From positions 22,756,001-22,820,000 of the forward strand of contig NW_024704742.1 of assembly GCF_018977255.1 (NCBI RefSeq): a DNA stretch of 64,000 nucleotides, given 5' to 3'. Numbering within the stretch: the first letter of the stretch is position 1; each line of letters begins with the position of its first letter. Both the position numbers and the translations under genes were made by a program. The stretch comes from Callorhinchus milii (Eukaryota). The notes under the pieces were generated by a model. The model searched no databases and had not been told where the DNA came from. It was given only the letters and a program-made list of their open reading frames with translations. Below, in pieces: positions 52,736 through 64,000 of this stretch.

Positions 52736-55709
52736 GCTCAAGCCCATAGTTTCTTCTTGGAGACAAAGTGTGAGGACCAAAGAGTTTAAGTACATTTACT
52801 TCTGCCACCTGATTTGCTGTTTAGAAAGTGTTTAAAATATTTGATGTGCTAGAGTTTGCCAGTTTCTGGGTTTCAGTGTATGGTTTCGCTGGGCTGCAGA
52901 ATACACAGTGAACTCAAGCACAACCTCAAACACACTGCTAACATCAAACAAGCAAATAATTATCCTCCTCTTTGGAATTCAGTTATTTCACAGGATCGTT
53001 GGACCATGGCTTTAACATTAATCAGCCTTAGCAGAATTTATTCAAGAGTAAAGTGAACTTGGAATCCTACTGTTCCCAATATGTATTCCCCTAATAATAC
53101 ACATAAAAACATAGTTACCTCATTCAATATGAAACTTACTGGGCATTTATAAGGAATATTCCTACACTGAAAACAGCAGAGATACTTTACAATACAATTC
53201 AAAGAGGTACGTCTTGAAATGTTAGAAGGCAGATTTATATACCACAGGTTGTGACATCAGAAGGAACATGCTAATAGAGGTTATCAAATGACCTTGAACT
53301 TCCAAAACATTATCAATAACTTTTCTCAAAGTTGCACTTTGCAGTGTCAACAAAGGTGTTTCTAGCATCAAGATTTTTTAAAAAAATAAACCATTAAATT
53401 CATTCATTTTAACATCCTTGTATATGTTCATTTTATAGCATTTTTCTACAAGTTTTCTTTTGGCGGGATTGATTTAGAAGTTACTGAGCCCTGAAGTGTG
53501 ACGGAGCTGAACTAATTTCCAAGCTAACAGGTCATTGATTCTGTCTTAACCCAGCACTGATTTAGATCTGAAATGCTGGTTGATGTAACTCGCCTCCCTC
53601 ACATTGCTGGGTTCAGCAACAATTTCATATCAGAATGTCAATGAAAAGCATCCCAATTTCAGTTTCACTGCTGAAAGAAATACTGTTGATTGGTTAACAT
53701 TAGTTGTTACTTTATCGACAGTACATTCGGATGATGAGTTTCAATTACATAAACACTAAAATCTGCCTTTCCTTCGACGAGAAAACAGATTCTAACATTA
53801 ATAAAACTGGTCCATTCTCACAGAAATACAAATCCCACAAGAATCTACACAAATCTCAGAAACAAAGCAAAGCCCAATTGTCAGTGACAATTCTTTCCAA
53901 CTGTTTTATTGTAAAAAGGGCTCCTGAGAATGGAAGCAGCTTTTCAAGTCAAAGTTACTGAAGAACTAGATATTTAGAAAACAAATAAGAAGACTATATA
54001 CTAAAATGCAGAATGCAGTTGTGTTCTCTGCATTGTTGCTCTGAGACACTACCCTGCATCAGGGGTGTTATATAAATGCAAGTTGTTGTTGTTGGCAACA
54101 GTTATGTCAGGCATTTCATAATGACTGATTCCTCCCTCACCTCCCTACAGTATACATGTACCTATTTTAACCAGTTTTATGAGATGCAGATCAAGAACCA
54201 ACTTGTCTCCAAGGGAAATATTTTGATTGTCGTGAACATTAATTTACAAAGCTGAAAATGGTTCAAATGTTTTGTACAGAATTTTACATTCCTCCTGTTA
54301 GGGCGCACAACGAGAATAGGTGCCAACCACACAGCAGGTGGGAGATTATGTGCCCAAAGGTCAATTCCCAGATCAGTTTAGAAAGTGCAGTCATTTATAG
54401 AAACACTGAACAGAGAGGATAATGCTGTAAATCCAACTGCAGCAAGTTCTTGGCTCCACGCCAACCTTCTGAGAGCTTTCCAGCCTTCACTGTCTTGCGT
54501 GACAGTAAGAGAGGAAAGCCAACTCTCCCAGTGTACCTCCAGACCCCCGTCTGAGTTTCAGTGCCATGTACAGTACGGATGTGCTGCTTATAGTAATTGG
54601 CTCCAACACGCAGGCTCTGCCAGTCTCACTGTACAGGAGTCCTTTAAACAGCTGGAAAGGTTGCGCTGCTCTTGAGCACTGAGATCCTCATGCGCGACCA
54701 TATTATGTAACCTCAACTCTATTATGCAAAAACAAGGCTATGCTTAAGATCCTGGAATGCAAAATGCCCGATCCTTTCTCTGACATGACGAGTCTTCTAC
54801 CACATTCTGAGTAATCCATTCCATGTTTTGGACGAATAACTGACTGAAGGACACAAACCACCAGTGCAATTAATTAATTGTCACAAAAGTGCTCGTAATG
54901 GCAGAGGACTTTAGAAAGAGGCCCTAATGACCTCAAAAGGATTGCAAGAGCTAAATCAGACTACAACATAAATTCCAAATTCATTGAAGCGCGAACAGAG
55001 AGCAGCGCACACAGAGCAACTTTCTACGGTAGAGAAGTTGACAGTCTAACAGTCTACGGCAACCAAGGTAGCAACTCAGTAACAGAGCTGCTGCTGTTTT
55101 CATGTTTGCTGTCGTTTTACCGCTTACTGTTTCGCCCACAAAATATACAGTCAGTTCATTTTACCCTATATTCTGTGAAGCGCTGTGAGACGTCTCGAAA
55201 ACGTGATAAGGCGCTATATTAAATGCAAGGATTATTATTATTAATTTTTCATCCGAAATAAAACACCACAACAATCTCCATCCAGACTTCCATTATATAC
55301 AAAGCAACAGTAAGTTAGGTTTTGTAAGTCCTCAGGCAATGTTCTGCATCGAGAATACTTTAAAGTAGATAAGTTAATTAGTGCCGTTTGTCCTCTGGAA
55401 CAATCTGATGGTAAAGACGTCTGCAGTTATACAGCCCACATCTCCACAGATGGGTCTCCTGAATCTAGCTGTACCAAGCCTTGCCAAAGGCCCTTTCAGC
55501 ACACGCAAGAGGATGATGAAACTAATTGTACATCTTACTCCAGCTGGGGCCAGACAATGCTCAAGCTCTGAAACACTTATGACTTTACATAGCTCTACAC
55601 ACCGTGATCCTGTTTGCTTTCTTCACTGCCGCCACAAACTATGCTGAGAATATCTGTTATCTTCCCACTCATACCCCTAAATGTCTCTGCTGCATCCTTT
55701 CCAGTAAGC

Positions 55710-55923
55710 CAGGGTGGTCCAACCTTTTGGCTGTTGAGGGCCGGATGCCCTATATGAGAAACGCCGTGGGCTGCATAAGCAATATTTTTGTGTATTCCTT
55801 TCAGAAATGTAACAACGTTTACAGGTTATGGAGGAAACTGGTGGGCCAGATGAAATGGAGGGGAGGATGGGGGATGAATTTGGCCTGAGGACCAGATGCG
55901 GTCTGCGAGTTGGATACCACTAG
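55710..55923 (+). mobile_element. Non-autonomous hAT-like DNA transposon, second copy
   Basis: cagggtggtccaaccttttggctgttgagggccg start resembles hAT-Charlie (MER30-type) ends; degenerate right end gttggataccacta. Confidence 0.65.
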
Positions 55924-56967
55924 TATTCCCTAGTTACTGTGATTTTGTATCATTTTCCACCCCCCTCGCAAATCCAACCCCCAGTTTGGATGCAAGCCCT
56001 CAACTATCCAGCGCCTTGGGACATCTTCCAATGTGAAAGACGCTCTATAAATGCAATTTGTTGTTGTTGTTTGCTTTCCTTCTCGAATCTCAACAATCTG
56101 CATTTATCTGCATTAAATGACATTTGCCACTTGTCGGATCAACCTAATCACTGAATTTCTTAGATTTACTGGAATTTCAGGTAGACTTGCGCCCTTTTTA
56201 CCTTCCCATTAAGAACATTGCACAACCTGTTAAGGAAGAGCTTGCTTGTGTGTCTTAATTCATTTTCTGTGGTTTTAAATTTCCTATCCTTAACCCAATG
56301 TAGCTGCTCTTTCAGTAAAATATTTAGAGTTCTGATGATGTCCAATACAACACAAATACAATACAAATTTACAATACAACATCCTTTTCACTTTCAGCTG
56401 CTGGCTGGCCTGCAGTAGATTGCCAGCATTTAGTTTTTTTCATTTTTAAACTCACTTCAGTTGTTGGACCTGCAAATTGTTTGAATTGGCATTTTTTAGT
56501 TGACTAATAGTAAGCACTTTAAAATTGCTCAGAGAAACTTTTACTGGAAAATTTCATCCAGGCTTAAAACAAGCAAAATAAACTTTAATACGTTGCTATT
56601 TCCCACCCAGTGATAAGTATCAAACCTGCATTAAAAGTACGGTCAACGCCCTTTTGCTGCAGTGGGATTTGCATTGTGAGATCACTTATTACTTACAGTA
56701 ACAAAATCCAGACAGCATTGCAAACCCAGCCTACTATCAGCAGTTTTATTTCAGGCTTGTTTTCCCACTCACCCATGAGCTGGAACATCCTAAATCATAA
56801 AGCAGATGTGTCCTTCAGCAATGAGCGACATTCTTTACAAAGCTTTATGAAATGGAGAAAGTTAGCACGCATAAAACGTTGCGACAATCATACCATAGGT
56901 ACAAATGTTTAGCACAGTGAAGGACCACAATGCCACTCTTGAGGCAATTCCATAGGAATTCACTGAA

Positions 56968-57200
56968 CATATTCAAGACTGAGATCGGCAGATTTTTAAA
57001 AACTAAAGGGATTAAGGGATATGGGGATAGGGCGGGTAAATGGAATTAGGTTAGAAGATTTGAGACGTCTAGAAGACGTGAAAAGCGCTATATCAAATGC
57101 AAGGATTATTATTATTATAAGATCAGCCATGATCTCATTGAACGGCAGGGCAAGCTCGAGGGGCCGGATGGCCTACTCCTGCTCCTATTTCCTATGTTCT
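56968..57200 (+). mobile_element. CR1-type LINE 3' end interrupted by a SINE tip (57059-57118)
   Basis: ttcaagactgagatcggcagattttt...aagggatatgggga...agatcagccatgatctcattgaacggc...gggccggatggcctactcctgctcctatttcctatgttct, resembling chondrichthyan CR1 3' UTRs. Confidence 0.75.
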
Positions 57201-57444
57201 AATGAATTTGCCAAATCGCCTCAGAAAATTTATAGTTGAATTGAGGGAGATGCTTTTTTCCTCAAGAAATGGCCAGATTTTTAAAAAAAAACTCAAGAAA
57301 AACAGCTTTGAAATTGATGCTGAATTTAAGAATTTTTCCAAAACTTGCAAAATAACGGTGTACTGGAGGGGGAGTGGGGAGTGGGGGAGAGAAGAGAAGC
57401 AGAAGGTAAGCAGGGTCTCCTTGGACATGAGTTGACTGCAGGCC

Positions 57445-57920
57445 ATCATGCCTGGCAACAAAATGTCAGAATTGAGTCAATGCTGCAGTGGGCTTGGTTC
57501 ATCCGGTTCTTCAGCCAGACCGATCTACATTACTCCCAATGCACTGCTGACAGGCGTGCCAGCCTGGCTTAGCAGCAGGTCTTGGAGGGCATTAGTGACA
57601 GGGATTCTTATTAAGCTCGCGAGCCAAAGCCCTATCTGATAGGGTGGTCCAAGTTAAACAGTGAGAAAGCTTACCAGACATTGCCCAAGCTATGTCGTTT
57701 TAGCTGGTTTAACTCCAGCAGTATCCCATATATACTCTGGGGACCCAAGCGTTGGCTCTCCCCAACATGCGCCTAATAGTATCTGGAATTAAGTTGATGC
57801 ATCCCAAAGGAAGTGACTGCAATTCCATTACAGACAGAGGGAAATTTCCATGCTTATGTGGCTTACATATGTTGAACCTTCAGTCAGGTTTGGATACTCT
57901 ATAACATAGTGATGGGTTTG
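57445..57920 (+). repeat. Unclassified dispersed repeat, copy 4
   Basis: gccagcctggct, gagccaaagccc, gcttaccagaca, ctccagcagta, ctggaattaag and ggatactct occur in the same order. Confidence 0.75.
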
Positions 57921-58304
57921 CTTTCCCAAGCGAACTATCAGGGAAGCTCTAAATGCAAGTTTTCAATCCAAAAAAAGCAAACGCTACAACTATTAATTTT
58001 ATTTCCAAGTAGTTTATAGTTTTAGGAAATGCTGGTTTTATGGCACATTAATCAGTGGAGGGAGGACTGCAGAGCCCATGTCTAGGCTAAGAGGGGGTGG
58101 CGAGGATTTCATGCAATAAAAAAGGAAAACTGCAAACGTTGGAAATGTGAAATGTAAAAATAGAAGTGCTAGAAATCAACAGCACATCAATCAGCACCTG
58201 ACGATGGGTCATATAGCTAGATTATTAACTTGTTATTCTCTTGCTTATACTGACTGATCTACTGTGGACATGCATAGGGTTTCTGTTCACTCATATCAAG
58301 TAGT

Positions 58305-58667
58305 TAGCACGACTCATTTGGTTCCGCTCTGAGTCAGAAAGTTGTGGGTTCCAACCCCACATCGGGAACTTTGAACTCCTTCGGGTGAGACATTAAACTG
58401 TGGTCCTGTCTGCCTGTTCAAATGGATGTTAAAGATCCCATGGCACTATGCGAAAAGGGAAGGGAGCTTCTCACGGTGTCCTGGCCAACAATCCTCCGGA
58501 TAGAATTGGTCATGGCTGTTTGTGGAACATTGGTGTGCACTAGTTGTCTGTCACATCCGCCTACAAATACACCGTCACTATACATAACAGTGAAATCCTG
58601 TGATTTGCTTTCAGATATCCCCCTGACATGAAAGGTTCTATATCAAATGTAAGGATTGCAGGATTAT
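58305..58667 (+). mobile_element. Deu-domain SINE (SacSINE1/AmnSINE1-like), internally deleted
   Basis: ctctgagtcagaaagttgtgggttc head, then gagacattaaactgtggtcctgtctgcctgttcaaatggatgttaaagatcccatggcactat...ggtgtcctggccaaca, matching the Deu-domain consensus as I recall it. Confidence 0.75.
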
Positions 58668-60309
58668 TCGGTTCAGTTCCAAACAAAATACCGTACTGTA
58701 AACTGTAGAGTCTTTATATTTGTAAGCAAATCCAGGAATAAATTTTCTCACAAGTTTCTGTATCAGTGTAGAATCTGCATAGAGTCTATATGAGTGTTTG
58801 TATATTTGTTTTTGTAAATGGCATCCTATTATAGCACTGGAAAGGCTGAATGTTCGTTTACAATCCCTGGTTAGGAGAATCCAAGCACCTGGCCAATTTC
58901 ATAATGAAGTACTAGACAGACAGGCTGGGATCAGGAACTTACCAGGTTTGGGGAAACAGAGCAATGCACGAAGTTCAACAGAATGCTGTTTTCTCCAGAG
59001 CTATACTACAGTGCTTGAATCCAGGTACAGAGACAGAATGAATGAACACCTTCTTGTGCCAATGCCTCTACCTCATTCGCCTACAAATACACAGTCACGG
59101 TACATTGCAATAAAATCCTGTGAAGTGCTTTCAGACTTTCCTCTGACTTCAAAAGTATGGATTGTAGGATTATTAGGTTCAGTTCCAATCAAGCCCCCAA
59201 AATACTGTACTGTAAACCCAGCGCCTTGGGACGTCCTCCCGACGTAAAAGGCGCTTTACAAATGTAATTGTGTTGTTGTTATATATTTGTAAGCACCAGT
59301 AACAAATATACAGATACTACAGTTACATATATACAGACAAATATACAGACCCTGTAGTTCTGCCACCAGTAATATGAAATTCTCTCAGCAGATGCAGTAA
59401 CTAGTGCGGCACTTAAAGGAGTTATGAAATTACAGTCTTACAGAAAAACAATAGGGAAAGTATAGCAGCTGTAGTGACGGCTGCCAATAGTGATATCCTA
59501 TAAAGGAGAGTCCAAAGCCATCTAACTGGGAATGCAATTAAAGCAAAATCAAAGAGAAAACGTTCAGATCAAGGTCAGATATGCCTTTACCCGAGCAGCA
59601 GAACAAATAATTCAGGGAGATTTCTCTGTCTCAAAGCCTGATATTGCAACCTGGGAGTAGTCTTTGCTGTGAAACCTATAGGAGTACTATAAATAGGACA
59701 CATGAGAGATTACAGTAGAGATGCATAATTACAATTGATGCATTTTAGTAAGATAACAGACACCCTACGAGAGACAGACTGTCTGAGATCCCCATCTATT
59801 CCCCATCACAACAATACTGTGGTGGCATCTGTTCACATTCATTAAACACCATGCGACACTCAGTTCAGTAATGGAAATGTATATTTCAGGAACCATTCAA
59901 AGTGTTTCCTAGCACCTGAGTCTGTGTGATGTAAACAGAAAGTGTGAAACTTTTGGAGGTCAAAATAATAGTGCAAGAAAACCACTGGATGCCTCCTTCT
60001 ACATTTACTTTTGACAAATAACACTCCACATTTGTCCTTCCTGTGAGATTAAAACAGCTACTTCTGTTACAAGCTGGAGTTTCAACCTCTCCCTTCCTCG
60101 GGGCAAATTCCACTGTAAACTAAAATAGCATGGAATACCGAGCCCACACTTTATAGTCAGAGAGAATGGACAAGAATCCAACCCCATTTAATAATAATCC
60201 TTGTATTTGCAGTCACTACACTTCACAGTAAATCTGGCAAAGCACTTCGAGACATCCTCCTGTCATGAAAAACACTACATCAAATGTAAGAATTATTTAT
60301 AATTACAGT

Positions 60310-60705
60310 ATTGATTATTTGGTACAGGGCCTTTCACGTCAGGAGCACATCTCAAAATGCTTTAAAGGATTTACTGTAAAGTGTAGTGACTGTGTATTTG
60401 TAGGAAAACGCGACACAGCAATGTCCCACAAGCAGTCTTGAAGTAAATGGGCTTTTATTATTTAGGGCAATTTATTTATTTATTTGCTGGCCAGTAAACC
60501 AGGAAAAACTCCCTTCTCTTTTCGAATAGTGGCATGTGATCTTTAACATCCACCTGAACAAGCAGACAGGACCTCAATTTAACAACTCATCCAACAATGC
60601 AACACATCAGCACTGCATTGAACCGTCAGCCTGGACTATATGAGTTCAAAGTTCTGACGCGGAGCTTGAACCTTGAACCTTCTGACACTCAGAGGTGAGA
60701 GGGCT
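60310..60705 (-). mobile_element. Deu-domain SINE, near full length
   Basis: Plus strand reads ttcgaatagtggcatgtgatctttaacatccacctgaacaagcagacaggacctc...ttctgacactcagagg, the reverse complement of the Deu core and head. Confidence 0.75.
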
Positions 60706-62221
60706 CCACACAAATGGGGTTTGTCACATCCGGTATCTTCCCAGTCAATCTGTGCTGGACCCTCTCCAACTCTAGGAGATCCTTCCTGTTAAAGGTAGCC
60801 AAACTCAACACGATACACCAACTGTGACCTAACTGTTGCGGCACCAACCGCGTCCACAGCAAAGCTGCTCCGCCCTGACAATCGTCCATGTGCCTGAGGT
60901 CATCTAATAGTCGACAAACGGATGGAGGACCCATAATCCAGATGACGTCAAGATCACACGTTACACAGTGAATAGGCAGCAAAGTACAGTAGTGCAAAGG
61001 AACATCGCAGGTGTTCTGACTGTGTCTCTTGTTAAAGGAAGCAAGTTATTGTAACTGTTTTCCGGCAATGGGTTATGCTGAAATTCCTAATTTGAACTCG
61101 CTTACTACTGTATATACTAGAGCAGTTCTTTGTATTGAATGGGCATTCATAGAAATGAATTTCAGTGAAGTGAAGGTCAACTGGTGTTTCAAAAGTACAC
61201 TAACCCTGGATTAGATTACAAGAACTGCTGTAACAGGCATTAACCGACGCCTTTTCTGACTTGGATCTCTCAGAATCAGCTGATCCCTGCTACAGGGGGA
61301 GTAGTAATATTTCAATATTTTGCAATAATACAATTGTTGCCAGCCTTCTTGATTTGGTAAATAAAAACCTAATCCTATTTGCTAACTTGCAGGGAGTGAA
61401 ATGAGCTCGGTTTGAAAAGCATTCACCCTGGAGACAGATTTTACTCACTTTATCCCCCTCCCCTATTTTCTCTCTTCTTCTTCTGTGCACAGCCCCACCT
61501 GGAGCTAACATCACTCTGGTAATCCACCTAAGTGGCCTTGTCAGGTGCATGGTCTTTAAGTGGCCACTAAGTGCAAAGCTCTCAGAGTAAGGCTGGCCCT
61601 GTGAGAGATATTCACCTTGCGGTGACTTAGTAGGTCATGGTTAGAACTACTTTTGGGAACATATATTCGGTAAAGAGCTTTGAGATGTCTCAATGACACG
61701 ATATGGTGCTATATCGAATCCAAATGAAAGTATTATTATTATGGGGCCGGGCCCGTTGTCGAAACAGAGATGGCAGGCTGGCTCTGCCAATATTCTTCAT
61801 TTCTGAAAAAGGTTTTGTTCTTTTTGCTGAAATACTGTCTGGTTTGGTGTTTGGTTTGCGTGAGGTTTGCTGGCGGAATGCCACCCAGCTTTGAATTGCA
61901 CCACGAACAGGAGTTAAGAAGTGATGAGCTGACAGAAACAGGGCAGGCTATTCCAAACTAAAGCTAACAGGTATAGTATATACGTAGTTTGAAACAGATA
62001 AATATGTGTTTGTTTCCCAACAAATATTCAACAAGCTTTACTCCCACGTACTACGCTTAAAAGGGAAAGTTAGGCCTCTTTACAAAAATGAACACGTCCA
62101 TAATACAGTATTGACTGATACAAAATTCCAACCTTTTATCTCTGACAACTGTACTGCTCAACATCAGCATACACATGTTAGCAATTGGATCATGTCTCCA
62201 GTATTTCCCAACAGTGGTTTA

Positions 62222-62630
62222 TGAGCATGGCCCATTTGACAGCAGTCTCATCTTTGGACAATAGGTTGGGGGTTCAAGCCCCAATGTTATTTTATAGCCC
62301 ACACTGTTACTCCAGTACAGTTCTAGGGCTGCAATGCATTGCCAGAGGTTTGGATAAAACATAAACTAAAATACTGCCTGCATAGTCAGTGGATATTATA
62401 GATCCCACAACTATATTCCAAAAGAGAGTGGGTTTCTCCCAATGTCTTGGCCAAAACATCTTCTAAATTGATTGGTCATTCATTTCATGGGTGTTTGTGG
62501 GACCTTTCTGTGTGCAAATCGCTTTCTGTGTTTGCCTACAAATATACTTAACAGTAATTACCTGTGAAGTTCTTTGAGACATTTTAATTTGTAAATGCTG
62601 TATCAATTGCAGGGATTTTTATTGTTATTA
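62222..62630 (+). mobile_element. Deu-domain SINE, diverged, directly followed by a B-type SINE
   Basis: gggttcaagcccca...gatcccacaactatattccaaaagagagtgggtttctcccaatgtcttggcca...attggtcattc. Confidence 0.6.
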
Positions 62631-62658
62631 TTTGTCTTTATGTCTTCTGATTATATTA

Positions 62659-63027
62659 AGTCTCCAGTAACGTATTGGTTAGAGCACTCGCCTCCCAAGC
62701 GAGAGGACCGGGTTCGATTCCCGTGCAGGGCAAAACCTTAGGCAAGTTTCCTTACTCCATGCTGCTACCCAGCAGTAAGTAGAAACCCGGTTGTTAATCG
62801 ATTGATGGATTGCTTTCCGGGGGTAAAAATCCCTTTTAAAAAAATGCAGTCAATCAATCCACGACTGTTCGTGGGACACTGCTGCGCGCGATTGGTTGCG
62901 GTGTCTTGTCCACCAAATATACAGTCAATTCATTTTAGAGTATATTTTGTAAAACGCGTTGAGTTGTCACAACGATGTGATAAGGTGCGATATCAAATGC
63001 AAGGATTATTATTGTTGTTATTATTGA
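62659..63027 (+). mobile_element. tRNA-derived SINE, subfamily B, diverged
   Basis: ggttagagcactcgcc...gggttcgattcc head, B-type segment, aaatgcaaggattatt tail. Confidence 0.82.
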
Positions 63028-64000
63028 TAAAATGTTAGACACTACAAAACGAGTTGGTACAATAATTGTTCTGAAAAATGCTCTGCACAGCTGTATTTTA
63101 AATGAGTTTAAGCCACTCTTAAGTCAGGCTTCCCCCTAACTGGAATACCAGTGTGATTATGAAGAACTGAGGTCTCTCAACCTTTAGCCTTGATTGTAAA
63201 CACAGATGATTAGTCACACACAGTCAGGATCTTAAATAAGTCATCTATGCTATCAAAAAATATTACCCCCAAATCAAACAAACCACAGAATGATGTTTCA
63301 CTGGCCCTGATTTGAGTAAGCACCACAATTATCCAGAGAAACGAAGCTAAAAAAAAAAGACTGTTTAAGAAAAGTAAAGCAGCGTGGCATGTTCAGATTA
63401 GCACGCTGTTTACTTGTCAGGCTAGTCTGATACCAGGGTCTGCCCCACTGGCTCCGAACAGAGGCCAAGTAAACCCATCAGTAACAGTGAGTCACAAGCA
63501 ACATTCAAGATGTTTCGGAGGTAGCAACAAAATGTTCCAAGTGTTGTCTGAGTGCGCACAGGCGTACATAAACATCACCCCCAATTCATTAATAACTCCT
63601 GGGTAGGCAACAATATCAGTGGAAGAGCCATAAAATATCCTCACAGACTGAGACATGTCAAGTGTTATGGAAGAAATGCTGACTAGTCTTGCTTCTGGGT
63701 CAAGTTCTTCTTAAATCTTGCAACTAAGCATAGATAACGTGTGGTCAGTATGAACATCAAAGCAAAATACTGTTGGAATTCATGTGAATTATTGAACAGA
63801 AATGCTAAGTTATTTGGTTATTATTACTTTGTCATTTTTTTTCACAAGATGTATTTAGTCGTATCCCCAAATACCAATCCTTAGGGAGAAAACAGCCAGT
63901 AAATAGAGACACATGATTCAAGTTAGCTTTAGTTGCAGTCATTGAAAAGTCAACAGCTGGATATCTGCAGTAAGATTTCAGCTGTCATAAGCCAATCTAT

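Noticed and set aside
36287..64000. Large N-terminal-domain exon or promoter
   Set aside because: No long Ser-rich minus-strand ORF or CpG island is present; consistent with a very long intron.
1..64000. CRISPR array, operon or prokaryotic-type defence system
   Set aside because: The sequence is eukaryotic and intronic; the repeats are dispersed retroposons and MITEs, with no regularly spaced repeat-spacer array.

Overview
Vertebrate nuclear DNA, almost entirely intronic. The minus strand carries four internal coding exons of a steroid receptor: 36286-36150 (zinc finger 1; missed by the ORF track), 24836-24720 (zinc finger 2), 19007-18687 (hinge and LBD helices 1-3) and 13826-13682 (LBD helices 4-5 and beta turn). 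All have GT-AG junctions and splice in frame, and the hinge and helix-3/5 residues point to the mineralocorticoid receptor (nr3c2). I did not find the N-terminal exon or the last LBD exons, so they probably lie outside the window. The protein and the repeat landscape (L2 and CR1 3' fragments, Deu-domain SINEs, a young tRNA-derived SINE) suggest a cartilaginous fish, possibly a chimaera such as elephant shark; this is inference only. Most other ORFs in the track are repeat-derived or chance. The most interesting non-gene observations are an unclassified ~550-bp repeat in four co-oriented copies, a covarying 3' hairpin shared by SINE and L2 families, SINEs that keep the Deu-SINE 3' half but swap the core, long inverted-repeat elements, and several nested, templated or duplicated insertions. 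I found no convincing novel multi-gene system. Repeat boundaries were read by eye and are approximate; family names and reference-protein comparisons come from memory, not database searches.
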